NCBI RefSeq assembly: GCF_004010195.1
Contig: NC_057751.1
Location: 1,221,968 to 1,253,292, forward strand
DNA length: 31,325 nt
Reading direction: 5' to 3'
From: Chiloscyllium plagiosum
Lineage: Eukaryota
Part shown: positions 1-11,094 of the stretch, one piece after another
How the letters are laid out: each line of letters begins with the position of its first letter
Numbering within the stretch: the first letter of the stretch is position 1
The notes under the pieces: generated by a model
What the model saw: the letters and a program-made list of their open reading frames with translations, nothing else
The model's database searches: none
What the model was told of the DNA's origin: nothing
Position numbers and translations under genes: made by a program

Positions 1-340
1 TTTCTCTTTGTTTTTTGTGCTCTCCCTGACTTCCCCAGTCAGCTATGGTTGCTTCTTCGTCCCTGGACCATGCTTCTTTTACCTCGGGATGAATCTCTGC
101 TGTGTTTCCTGAATTACTCCCAGAAACTCCTGCCACTGCTGTTCCACTGTCTTTGCTGCTGGGCTCCTCTCCCAGTCAATTCTACCCAGCTCCTCCCTCA
201 TGCCTCTGTAGTTGCTGATATTCAGCTGTAATACCGTTACCTCTGATTCTATCTTCTCCCTCTCAAATTGCAGAGTAAATTCAATGATATTATGATCATT
301 GCCTCCTAGGGGCTCTTTTACCTTAAATTCCCTTATCAAA
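1..340 (-). mobile_element. CR1-type LINE fragment (ORF2 endonuclease C-terminus/linker)
   Basis: ORF 79..339 reads VKEPLGGNDHNIIEFTLQFEREK...MREELGRIDWE, matching the CR1 ORF2 'LG.SDH' endonuclease end and linker. Confidence 0.85.
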
Positions 341-344
341 GCAT

Positions 345-1445
345 TTTCTGCTCTATGCCTTGATTCACCAACTGCTCAAAAGTCTATGAATCTCAGCCTT
401 AAACACTTACAAGGACTCTTCCCCCACACTCTCTGGGGCAAACAGTACCAAAGACACTCAATCATCTGAGAGAAGAAATTCCTCCTCAGCTCAGTCTTAA
501 ATTGGTGCCCCTTTGTTCTGAGACTGTGCCCTCTAGTCCTCAACTCTCCCAAGAGGGAAAGCATCCTCTTAGCATTTACCCTGTTAAGCCCCTTAATAAT
601 CCTCCCTGATTCAATGAGGCCACCTCCCATTTTTCACAATTCCAATGAGTTTAATCTTTGCTCATAAGACAATCCATCCAGACCACGGACCATCCCGGTG
701 AACCTCCTGTAAAGTGCTTCCAGTTCAATGATATCTTTCCTTTAATGAGGGGACCAAAACTGCTGTCAGTATTCCAGATGTGGTCTCACCAACACCTTGC
801 ACAGTTGCAGTGAAATTTCCCTTCTCTTACACTCCAACCCCTTTGAAATGAAGACCAATACTCCATTAGCCTTCCTGATGACCCGCTGCGCTTGTGTGCT
901 GGCTTTCTGTGACACATGCACAAGTCCCCCTGAGTCCTTGTGTTGCGATTTTCTGCAGCTTTTCTCCATTTCAATAATACTCTGTTCTTTTTTCTCCCTG
1001 CCAAAGTGAACCATTTCATATTTTCCTACGCTATACTCCATTTGCCAACTTTTTGTCCACTTATCAATCTCTCTCTGTCAACAGTTTGAATCCAGAACAC
1101 AACCTGCCTTTCCACCTATTTTTGTGTCATTTGCAAATGTGGCTGCAGTACATTCACTTCCTTCCTCAGTCATTAATGTACATTGTAAATAGTTGTGGTC
1201 CCAGCACTGATCCCTGTGGAACAACACTGGTCACAGGTCACCAACCTGAAAAAGAGACCCTTTATCCTCTTGTCCAAGAGCTAATTCTCTCTAATCATGC
1301 CTGTTTAGTACCTCAACATCATGGGTTTTTGACTTAATCTTTTGTGAGGTACTGTGGAAGTCTAAATACAACACATCTGATTCCCCTCTCTCTACTCTGG
1401 TTGAGACTTGCATGTAAAGCTCGAATAAATTAATTCAACCCGATT
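345..1445 (-). mobile_element. Degenerate CR1 LINE, RT/C-terminal region and 3' end
   Basis: Minus-strand peptides [12 protein letters not shown] and RGHSL...RRNFFSQ, plus the reverse complement of [10 protein letters not shown] near 1200. Frameshifted. Confidence 0.85.
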
Positions 1446-1446
1446 T

Positions 1447-1655
1447 ACAGAAGAGCATAAGAACCAGGGGTTGGCCATCTGGCCAGTCCAGCCTGTTCTG
1501 CCATTCAATAAGATAATGGTTAATCTTTTTATGGGCTTCACTCCACTTAGTTGCTCACACACCATAGCCCTTAATTCCTTTACTGTCTATCTTTGCCTTA
1601 GAAACATTCAGTGAGGTATCCTGAATTTCTTCATTGGGAAGGGAATTTCAGATTG
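1447..1655 (-). mobile_element. CR1 LINE 3' tail fragment
   Basis: cataagaacc...ggccatctggcc...cctgttctgccattcaataagat resembles an antisense CR1 3' UTR; similar to 7619-7935. Confidence 0.6.
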
Positions 1656-1951
1656 AATGGGGTCAATCCTGCAGTAATTCTGCAGAATCCAAGGATTTTT
1701 GGGAAATGACTTGCATGGATAGCGAGGAGTGAGTGACTGAGAGTTGTTTCGGTACTGTGGCGATACACCAGAGGGCGAGAGTGGACCACACAGACAAGAA
1801 AACTTTGTGCCTGTCCAATTAAAGTCAGCAGCAGCCACATTAAAGTGCGTCAATGTTACAAAATTGCTGTTGCCACAGGCATCATATAAAAATTCCTGGA
1901 ATTTCTCATTCGAAAAGAAGAGAAAAATCTGCTACAGGCCTCTTGCTTTTC

Positions 1952-4200
1952 TTAGAGTCATGGAGAGATACAGCGTAGAAACAGACCCTTCGGTCCAACT
2001 TGTCCATGCCGATCAGATATCCCAACCTAATCTAGTCCCAATTACCAGCATGTGGCCCATAACCCTCCAAACCCTTCCTATTCATACACCAATCCAGATG
2101 CCTTTTAAATGCTGTAATTGAACCAGCCTCCACCACTTCCTCTGGCAGCTCATTCCATATACATACCACACTCTGTGTGAAAAAGTTGCCCCTTAGGTCT
2201 CTTTTATATCTTTCCCCTCTCACCCTAAACCCATGCCCTCTAGTTCTGGACTCCCCGACCCCAGGGAAAAGACTCTGTCTCTTTACCCTCTCCATGCCCC
2301 TCATGATTTCTGTCTCTTTACCCTCTCCATGCCCCTCATGATTTCATAAACCTCAGTAAGGTCACCCCTCAGCCTTCGACACTCCAGGGAAAACAGCCCC
2401 AGCCTATTCAACCTCTCCCTATAGCTCAAATCAATTTGCTTTTCCAAAATGCAGCACCTCACATTGATCTAAATTAAACTCCCATCTGCCACTCCTCAGC
2501 CCATTGGTCCATCTAATCAAGATCCTGTTGTAGTCTGAGGTAACCTTTTTCCCTATGAGCTACACGTCCAATTTTGGTGTCAGCTGCAAACTTACTAACT
2601 TTGCCACCTATGTTCACATTCAAATCATTTATATAAATGACGAAAGGTAGAGGGCCCAGCACGATCCTTGTGGCACTCCACTGGTCACGCCTCCAGTCTG
2701 AAAAACAACCCTCCACCACCACCCGCTGTCTTCTACCTTTGAGCCAGTTCTGTATCCAAATGGCTAGTTCTCCCCATATTCTATGAGATCTAACCTTGCT
2801 AATCAGTCTCCCATGGGGAACCTCGTCGAACGCCTTACTGAAGCCCATATAGATCATGTCTACTGCTCTGCCCTCATCAATCCTCTTCATCACTTCCTCA
2901 AAAAACTCAATTAAGTTTGTGAGACATGATTTCCCACACACAAAGCCATGTTGACTATCCCTAATCAGTCCTTATCTTTCCAAATACATATAAATCCTGT
3001 CTCTTAGGATTCCCTCCAACAACTTGCCCACCACTGATGTCAGACTCACCAGTCTGTAGTCCCGTGGTTTGTCTTTACCGCCCTTCTTAAACAGTGGTAC
3101 CACGTTTGCCAACCTCCAGTCTTCCGGTACCTCACCTGTGACTATCGATGATACAAATATCTCAGCAAGGGGCCCAGCAATCACTTCCCCAGCTTCCTAC
3201 AAAGTTCAAGATTACACTTGATCAGATCCCTTTATTCACTTTTTTGCATTTCCAGCACTTCTTCCTCTGTAATATGGGCATTTTTCAAGATGTAACCATC
3301 TATTTCCCCATATTCCATACCTTCCATGCCCTTCCCTACAGTAAATACCGATGCAAAATACTCATTTAGTATCTCCCCCATTTCTTGTGGTGGAGCCACA
3401 CAAAGGCCGCCTTGCTGATCTTCGAGGGGCCGTATTCTCTCTCCAGTTACCCTTTTGTCCTTACATCTGTTTGGAGAATCCCTTTAGAATCTCCTTAACC
3501 CTATTTGCCAAAGCTATCTTATGTCCCCTTTTTGCTCTCCTGATTTGCCTCTTCAGTATACTCCAATTACCTTTATACTCTTGTAAGGATTCACTTGATC
3601 TCTCCGGTCTATACCTGATATATGCTTCCTTGTTTTTCTTCACCAAACCCTCAATTTCTCTAGTCATCCAGCCTTGCCTTTCACCCTCATAGGAAAATAC
3701 TGTCCCTGGACTCTTTTGTTATCTCATGTTTGAAGACTTCCTGTTGTCCAGCCGTACTTTCACCTGCGAACATCTCCCCCTCATGAACTTTTGAAAGTTC
3801 TTGCCTAATACCATCAAAATGAGCTTTCCTCCAATTTAGAACTTTAGTGTTTAAATCTGATCTAACCTTTTCCACCATTATTTTTAAACTAATGGAATTA
3901 TGGTCACTGGCCCCAAAGTGCTCCCCCACTGACTCCTTGCCCTGCCTTATTTCCCGAGAGTAGGTCAAGTTTTGTTTCTTCTTGAGTAGATTCATCCACA
4001 TACTGAATCAGAAAATGTTCTTGTACACATTTAACAAATTCCTTTCTGTCTGAGCCCTTCACACGATGATAGTCCCAGTCAATATATGGAAAGTTAGAAT
4101 CTCCTACCATTATAACTCTATTATTCTTACAGATTACTCCTTACAAATCTCCTTACAAATTTGCTTCTCAATTTCCTGATGATTATTGGGGTCTGTATAG
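1952..4200 (-). mobile_element. HER1/CR1 LINE, 5'-truncated, ORF2 disrupted, with an internal deletion near 2430
   Basis: Consecutive minus-strand ORFs: VGDSNFPYIDWD and HFGASDHNSI (endonuclease), VPEDWRLANVVPLFKKG, GKSCLTNLIEFFEEV, IYINDL...KFAADTK (RT), RGNFFTQ..WNELPEEVVEAG. The 3' tail is at 1952-2030. Confidence 0.95.
2274..2345. repeat. Perfect 35-bp tandem duplication inside the LINE
   Basis: tctgtctctttaccctctccatgcccctcatgatt occurs at 2274 and again at 2309. Confidence 0.95.
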
Positions 4201-4213
4201 TATAGTACATGGA

Positions 4214-4516
4214 TGTGATAGAGCGGGAAATTCTCTCTGGTGTGTCAGTACTGTAAAGGAGTGTTGTTGGGATAGATGGAATCTGTATTTTTATGATGTC
4301 GCCGTGCACAGATGCTTTGTCTCTTCCATTTTATCATCTTTTCTTTTGTGGAATAAGCTCTTTTATTAGTAAAACCATATTTGCAGCATTTGTATGTTTG
4401 TGTTTCAGCGAGAGATCACCTTGTCAAATAAGATAACAACAAGTTGTGATCTACCAAGCAGATTTCATTCTGGGATCTGACTTTGTGTAGTAATAACTGC
4501 AGTTGGGCTCCGAACA
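4214..4516 (+). mobile_element. Possible LTR fragment
   Basis: Begins tgt and ends aca. The segment gatctaccaagcagatttcattctgggatctgact...gttggg resembles shark LTR 3' ends as I recall them. No TSD seen. Confidence 0.3.
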
Positions 4517-4789
4517 TTGGCGAACAGTCCAGAATAGGCATCTGACATTGTCGATGGAGCAGGGACCTTAACTGATGTGCCCCTCCAAGGACACTCTCAG
4601 TGTGCGGGTATTAAAAACGTGAGCACAGATCAAGGATAAAATGCAGACCGTGAGACTGCATTGACACCCGTGGAGTGATAAGATATTGCATTAAATCTAT
4701 GTTTCTGCAGATGGGCCAAAGACTGAGGATAGTCCTTGGATGAAGTGAACTTAAGACTCCATTCAAACGGTTTCTTCCCAATTTGATAT

Positions 4790-5050
4790 CAGACACTCTG
4801 GCTGTGTTTTTGTAACAAATTGAGGAAGAGCCGATTCCCTAAGAGAGTAGGAACATGGAACTCTCTACCAAAGGGAGCAGTGGAGAGGGAGAGGGGTAAT
4901 GCATCCGAAGGAAGTTTGATAAATAAGGAAAGAACAAAAAGAATGTTTTGTCCATTCAGCTGAGGTGAAGAGGGTTGGGAAACGTTGATAAGGCAGACAC
5001 TGGCACAAACCCTTGGCTGAAATGGCTCGTTTCTGGGCTCCAAATTCCAG
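4790..5050 (+). mobile_element. Old CR1 LINE 3' end
   Basis: gaacatggaactctctaccaaagggagcagtggag (WN.LP..AVE) followed by a CR1-type tail ttggctgaaatggctcgtttctg. Confidence 0.7.
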
Positions 5051-5306
5051 GCCACTTCCTTGTTTCATATGAATCTTGGAAACTGTCAAGGAATTGCAAT
5101 TGCATGTCCCTGCCAAGGGGTGGTACTGTAGCGTGACATGTTTACATGGACCATTTCCATTATGAATCTGGACCAAGGATTGTCAACAGACGTAGTTTTT
5201 GATTTATTTACAGTGTGTGTGTTTAAATACATATGTGTTGCTGTGTTTAGCTTCCCTGTGTCCATCCCTGTACATACATGAGTGTAAATGTGAACATACT
5301 TCTGTG

Positions 5307-5335
<29 letters not shown>
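5307..5335. repeat. (CA)14 microsatellite
   Basis: Direct reading. Confidence 0.95.
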
Positions 5336-5337
<2 letters not shown>

Positions 5338-5819
5338 CATGTGTACAGTCTTTGTGCAAATGTTTCTGTGGGTGCCAGGGTTGTAAACTAGTAATTGAGG
5401 ATAGTCACATTTCCCTTTCCTCAGAAAGGCCCTTTGTGCAAAACAAGGAATATTTTTTCATTGATTTATTGAATTTAACACCACAGTTGGGCAGCACGTT
5501 TGTCGGAAATGTTTTACAGATGTGCAGTGCGCTGCAAAAAGCTCTTGTAATTTATGACTCACATTTCAATCTTTATTTGATGGCAGCTGTTAGAAAAACA
5601 GACCCAGCCTTCAGCGCGACACAGTGTTAGTGTTCAGTGAGACAGGCTGTTATAAAAGTGCAGCCTGGACAGAGCTGACGCACAACCGACCCACAGAGGC
5701 TTGTAACCCAAGCTTTGGAATGAAAAGGCAGAGGTGGGGGTGAGGAGTTCAGCACCATTGGATCTGGGAGACAGGAGGTTCAGCACAGACGAAAGAGCAA
5801 CACTTTGGAAAGAAGGAAA

Positions 5820-6130
5820 GAGAAAGTCTTGTATTTGGAAAGCGTTTTACACAAACCCAGGATGTCCCAATCAGGACTGTGCCTTCTTGTATTGTTATAC
5901 ACGGTGTGTGCAGCCATTTTATGAACAGGAGCTTCGCACTGAGAGCAGGGTGATAATGTGACCAGTTTTACTGAGGTGTGGGAAACACGTTGGACGGGTC
6001 TTCAGGCAGAACTCCTTGAAGTTGTGGCAGCAGATACTTTAACATCCAACTGAGAAGGGAGAGGAGACCATAGTTCAACATCACCTAGAAAAGATATAAT
6101 CTCCAACATTGCAGCACTCCCTCAGTACTG
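5820..6130 (-). mobile_element. Deu-domain SINE (SacSINE1/AmnSINE1-like), 3' portion
   Basis: The reverse strand reads cagtactgagggagtgctgcaatgttggag...gatgttgaac...ctcagttggatgttaaag...cattatcac...aaatggctgc...gggacatcctggg...aaaacgcttt..aaatacaagactttct. This is colinear with the Deu-SINE consensus as I recall it. Confidence 0.75.
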
Positions 6131-7375
6131 ACCCTCTGACATTGCAGCACTCCCTCAGTACTGACCCTCTGACAGTGCGGCACTCCCTCAGTACTGACCC
6201 TCTGACAGTGCAGCACTCCCTCAGTACTGACCCTCCGACAGTGCGGCACTCTCTCAGTACAGACCCTCTGACAGTGCAGCACTCCCTCAGTACTGANNNN
6301 NNNNNNNNNNNNNNNNNNNNNNNNNNNNNNNNNNNNNNNNNNNNNNNNNNNNNNNNNNNNNNNNNNNNNNNNNNNNNNNNNNNNNNNNNNNNNNNNNNNN
6401 NNNNNNNNNNNNNNNNNNNNNNNNNNNNNNNNNNNNNNNNNNNNNNNNNNNNNNNNNNNNNNNNNNNNNNNNNNNNNNNNNNNNNNNNNNNNNNNNNNNN
6501 NNNNNNNNNNNNNNNNNNNNNNNNNNNNNNNNNNNNNNNNNNNNNNNNNNNNNNNNNNNNNNNNNNNNNNNNNNNNNNNNNNNNNNNNNNNNNNNNNNNN
6601 NNNNNNNNNNNNNNNNNNNNNNNNNNNNNNNNNNNNNNNNNNNNNNNNNNNNNNNNNNNNNNNNNNNNNNNNNNNNNNNNNNNNNNNNNNNNNNNNNNNN
6701 NNNNNNNNNNNNNNNNNNNNNNNNNNNNNNNNNNNNNNNNNNNNNNNNNNNNNNNNNNNNNNNNNNNNNNNNNNNNNNNNNNNNNNNNNNNNNNNNNNNN
6801 NNNNNNNNNNNNNNNNNNNNNNNNNNNNNNNNNNNNNNNNNNNNNNNNNNNNNNNNNNNNNNNNNNNNNNNNNNNNNNNNNNNNNNNNNNNNNNNNNNNN
6901 NNNNNNNNNNNNNNNNNNNNNNNNNNNNNNNNNNNNNNNNNNNNNNNNNNNNNNNNNNNNNNNNNNNNNNNNNNNNNNNNNNNNNNNNNNNNNNNNNNNN
7001 NNNNNNNNNNNNNNNNNNNNNNNNNNNNNNNNNNNNNNNNNNNNNNNNNNNNNNNNNNNNNNNNNNNNNNNNNNNNNNNNNNNNNNNNNNNNNNNNNNNN
7101 NNNNNNNNNNNNNNNNNNNNNNNNNNNNNNNNNNNNNNNNNNNNNNNNNNNNNNNNNNNNNNNNNNNNNNNNNNNNNNNNNNNNNNNNNNNNNNNNNNNN
7201 NNNNNNNNNNNNNNNNNNNNNNNNNNNNNNNNNNNNNNNNNNNNNNNNNNNNCCCTCAGTACTGACCCTCTGACAGTGCAGCACTCCCTCAGTACTGACC
7301 CTCGGACATTGCGGCACTCCCTCAGTACTGACCCTCTGACAGTGCGACACTCCCTCAGTACTGACCCTCTGACAG
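6101..7375. repeat. 33-bp minisatellite array spanning an assembly gap
   Basis: Unit gcagcactccctcagtactgaccctctgacagt, about 6 copies left and about 4 right of the gap. It explains the LSTDPLTVQHS-repeat ORFs. Confidence 0.95.
6297..7252. other. Assembly gap (956 N)
   Basis: Run of N flanked on both sides by the same minisatellite. Confidence 1.
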
Positions 7376-7544
7376 AGGGTTGCTTGGACAGTCTTCCCCT
7401 TCCTTCAACATAGGAACAACAGAAGGCCATTCTGACACCCCCCCCCCCCCAAGTCTTTTCCACCAATCAGTGAGATCATTGCTGATCTGTGTTCTAATTC
7501 CCTGTCCTTGCTTTAGGCCCAGATCCCTTAATTCATTGGCTGAA

Positions 7545-7613
7545 TAAAAATGCCAGAAGTCACGCAACACCAGGCTTTAGTCCACCAGGTTTATTTGAAA
7601 TCACAAGCTTTCA
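7545..7613 (-). mobile_element. Short Penelope-like element terminal fragment
   Basis: aagtcacgcaacaccaggctttagtccaccaggtttatttgaaatcacaagctttc resembles a shark PLE terminus (reverse strand GAAAGCTT). It is cut by the following CR1 tail. Confidence 0.45.
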
Positions 7614-7618
7614 GTGTA

Positions 7619-7935
7619 GTAGACAATAGGTGCAGGAGTAGGCCATTCTGCCCTTCAAGCCAGCACCACCATTCAATATGATCATGGCTGATCATCCACA
7701 ATCAGTATCCTGTTCCTGCCTTATCCCTTGATTCCACTATCTTTAAGCACTCTGTCCATCTCTTTCTTGAAAGTATCCAGAGACTGGGCCTCCACTGTCT
7801 TCTGGGGCAGAGTATTCCACACAGCCACCACTCTCTGGGTGAAGAAGTTTCTCCTCATCTCTGTCCTAAATGGCCTACCCCTTACTTTTCAACTGTATCC
7901 TCTGGTTCTGGACTCACCCATCAGTGGAAACATGC
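7619..7935 (-). mobile_element. CR1 LINE 3' end
   Basis: The reverse strand encodes MRRNFFTQRVVAVWNTLPQKTVEA, followed by a CR1 3' UTR ending ...gaatggcctactcctgcacctattgtct. Confidence 0.9.
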
Positions 7936-8044
7936 ACAGTGCCTTAGTTCAGTCGATCAGTCTGTCTTCAGCACTGAGTTGCTTCCTGAGCATGAGCACT
8001 GAAGGGGTTTGTGAGTGGAGAGCTGAGAGGGAAGTTCAGCTGTT

Positions 8045-9135
8045 AACAGAGGCATTTGATAAGCTGCCACCCGAAAGGTTATTGTGGGAATGTCAAGGTT
8101 TGTAGTGTTGGGGATCATGTGTCAGCGCTGGAAGAAAACTGGCTGGCCAGTTGAAAACAGAGAGCCTGTTTGAATGGGTATTTATTTGCTTGATCGAATG
8201 TATTGTCTGGAGTCTCGCAGGGATTTCTGCTGTAACTTCAGCATTTTACAACTGATATTAAGAATTCTGATGAGGGGAGCACAGGCATGAAGGCGAAATT
8301 CACAGATGACGCAAAGAACAGTGGGAAGGTATGTGGTGAAGGAGATGTGAGGAGGTTACCAATGGTTCAGTGAGTGCATATCAACCTGACAGAGCACAAT
8401 GTGATGAAATGTAAACTTGTTCACTTTGGCAGGAAGAGTAAAAGGTGGATGATTTAAATGGTGAATGTCTGCAGAATTCTCAGGTGCAAAAGGATCAAGG
8501 TGCTCAAGTGTGTGAGTCGCAAAACATTAGCCAGCAGGTACAGCACATAGTCAAGAGAGCTCATGAGATGCTATCCTTTATACTACCAGGAGTAAAAGTA
8601 AGGAGCTGATATTTCAGTGACACAGGACATTGGAGAGACCACAACTCAGATATTGTGCATATTTTCGGTCTCTCTGCTTAAGGACGGATGTAAATGCTTT
8701 GAAGGCGATAAGGGGAGGTTTACTGGACTGATCCCTGGAATGAATGAGCTGCCTGATGAGGAGAGGTTCACTAGACTGGGTTTGTTTCCACTGGCCCACA
8801 CAAGAGTGACAGGCTGACCTGACTGAAGTCTAGGAGACCCTGATTAGGAGCTCCCAACAAGGGGCACATGGAAAACAGGTTGCCTCATGGGGTTGAGTCC
8901 AGGATTAGGAGACAGTGTTTTAATATGAGGGACCTCCGTTTCAGGACAGAGATGAGGAGACTGTTTTTTCCCTCAGAGGGTTGTGTGAGTTTGGAACTTT
9001 CTGCCTCAGAAAGTGGTGGAGCCGAGGTCATTGAATCTTTTCCAGACAGAGCTGGATAGACTTGTGTTGGACAGAGGGATCAAAGGTGGTCAGTGAGAGA
9101 TGGGAATGTGGGATCCCAAACACAGACAGATCAGG
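8045..9135 (+). mobile_element. Old, degenerate CR1 LINE RT and 3' region
   Basis: Remnants of the motifs AFDK.P.ERL, GVSQG, KFTDDAK, HFGRK, RPQLRYC and FRTEMRR.FF. Many stops and frameshifts. Confidence 0.85.
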
Positions 9136-9149
9136 AGTTTTTGTTTTGT

Positions 9150-9412
9150 TTTACTCATTCACTGAATGAGGGTATCACTGGCCGGGCCAACATTGTGGTG
9201 GGTCAGGAGTCACATGTAGGCCAGACCAGATAAGGATGGCACTTTCCTTCCCAGTGAGTTTCCCCAACAATCAGCAATGGATTCATGGTCATCACGAGAG
9301 TCTTAGTTCCAGGTGTTTATTGAATTAAAATTCCACCAGCTCCTTCGGCGGGATTTGAACCTGGGTTTCTGAGTGAATAACCCAGTGATAATCTCTCCAG
9401 GCTACCGCCTGC
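9150..9412 (-). mobile_element. tRNA-derived SINE (same family as 13265-13582)
   Basis: The reverse strand has a B-box-like ggttcaaatccc, then gggaaggaaa.tgcc, ctggcctacatgtgactcc and the tail ggccagtgataccctcatt. Confidence 0.75.
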
Positions 9413-10080
9413 CGATTTTGTCCAGCTCTTATCTTGTTTCCCCATTGCTGAGTTTGGGGATTGAAGTTCCCTGGGCTGCACTCAGTCCTGAGGCGAGGTT
9501 TAATGTCTCACTGGGAGCTTGTTGGGGGCTGAGCCTGGCGCTAGGAGCGCCGTTCAAGTCTGCCTGAGAATGGCTTTAGGACCCAGAGGGAGTTTCTCTC
9601 TCTCTCTCTCTGCCTGATGTGGGATTGAGAGGGAGAACCGCTGCTGCTGTTGTTAATGTTTTTTTTAAAAGAATTCCCTCTCTCTTCCCCCGTCCCGGGA
9701 ACTGGCAGCTTGGAAAACCGACAGGACAAACCTGCAGCATATTCCTGCCCTTTTTCCTTGTGGGTGCATGGAGTGACTGTACTGTGTCTCTGGGTTTTTA
9801 AGCCCAGGACATGTCTGAATTGCAGAAAGCAGCGAGCAGCCGGGACTAAGTAACGGAATCCAACTTGCGTCAAGGAAAAGGCAAAGGCTTCAGGAAGCAG
9901 ACTGGGACACGGTGGCACATTTCCCTGGACAGGAGAGAGAGGAGAAGAAGGGGCTTTGGAATGCCCCCACCCAGTGGGCTCAGAGGGAAGGCAGTGTGGC
10001 TGTGAAGTTTGACAAGAGATTTGGTGTTTGGGCTGCGAGGGCTCTCAGGCAGACTCTCACACACACACACACACACAGCG
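9413..10080 (+). promoter_or_regulatory. Putative ADGRA2 proximal promoter / 5' UTR
   Basis: Non-repetitive sequence directly upstream of the start codon. It contains an ETS-like caggaag (~9891), a (CT)n tract at 9595 and (CA)10 at 10058-10077. The TSS cannot be determined. Confidence 0.45.
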
Positions 10081-10289
10081 ATGAAGCTGTGCCCCAGGCT
10101 CGCCTTCTTCCTGTGCTTGCTCTCCCAGGCTGACTGCTGCTCAGAGTTGCTCACCAACACATGCATCTGCATCGAGGAGAGACCAAAAGGAGCCAGTTAC
10201 CCTGAGGTGCGGAGGAAGGTGGTGTGCAGCAAGCAGGAACTGCAGGATGTTCCTCAGAGCAGTCTGCTCCCCAACAGGACTGGACATCT
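10081..10289 (+). CDS. ADGRA2: Adhesion G protein-coupled receptor A2 (GPR124/TEM5), first coding exon: signal peptide and LRR N-terminal cap
   Basis: Reads MKLCPRLAFFLCLLSQADC-CSELLTNTCICIEERPKGASYPEVRRKVVCSKQELQDVPQSSLLPNRTGHL. This aligns with the ADGRA2 N-terminus as I recall it (C..C.C..ERPKG...RRRVVCS...P..LLPN.T..L) better than with ADGRA3. Start context is gcgATG, with an in-frame stop upstream at 10003. The exon ends CT|GTGAGT, a phase-2 donor typical of LRR exons. Confidence 0.9.
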
Positions 10290-11094
10290 GTGAGTGCCTT
10301 TATTGTTTGTGTCCCGGGGGGGGGGAAGGAGGGTGCCACTTGGCAGGCAATTTTGACCTCACTGCAAACTGCAAAAGTGGGGGCGGGGGGGAGGTAAATG
10401 TGACATTTACCTGTTTACACCAGCTCGGAGTGAAATGATTCAGCGCATAAGATCAGTCAGTAATTATCAGTGAGGGAACAGAGAGGGAGAATTCCACATG
10501 AATTAATGGACAGATTCAGTCAGCTCATAGGAATCAGAAAACTCCAGTTAAAGAAATGGATGCATGGAACCACTGAACTAAAACAGCAGGGTATGAAATT
10601 CTCAGGCAGATCCACATTGCTTCCTTGATTCTGAACTGGAGAATTCAATTATTTCAACCTCTGATGGAGGGAGAGAATGAAAACACCAGCATTTTAACTG
10701 AGTCCAGACTGGAGCTGTCAGAGGCACACGGTGTGATGTTTGCTGGGATTGGTGGATTCCCTGATCTGATCACTATCACAGCTGCTGTGGACTGGCAGCA
10801 GTTCAGTCATCCCTGACCCAGATCCGGCAGCAGCTAACAGCTCCTCTCGACAATGAGCAACCCGGACTGATCGATGATGATCAGCCATGGGGCAGATCAT
10901 GGCTCCCAGAGCAGGGATGATGGAACTATTACAGTCCACTGGGTCAGCCTGGTCCCAAGGAATCTCTGAGCACTTGCCCATTGAGAAGGCGACAATGGAT
11001 AGAGAAAAACACGCAGCAGCAAGGGGATAGATGTAGGTGGTGGGGCAAAGATTAGTCAGGACAGTGAGGAGATCTCCTCTGTGCATCTCCCAAC

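Noticed and set aside
4517..4540. ttggcg after the putative LTR end as a primer-binding site
   Set aside because: I cannot match it to a tRNA 3' end, and no gag/pol sequence follows.
5020..5045. NGSFLG-encoding stretch resembling ADGRA2 exon 2
   Set aside because: It lies upstream of exon 1 and within a CR1 3' tail; coincidental.
6101..7375. CRISPR-like regular repeats
   Set aside because: The units are head-to-tail with no unique spacers, there are no cas genes, and the context is vertebrate.
6081..7466. Three long ORFs (421-461 aa)
   Set aside because: Artefacts of a 33-bp repeat plus the N gap.
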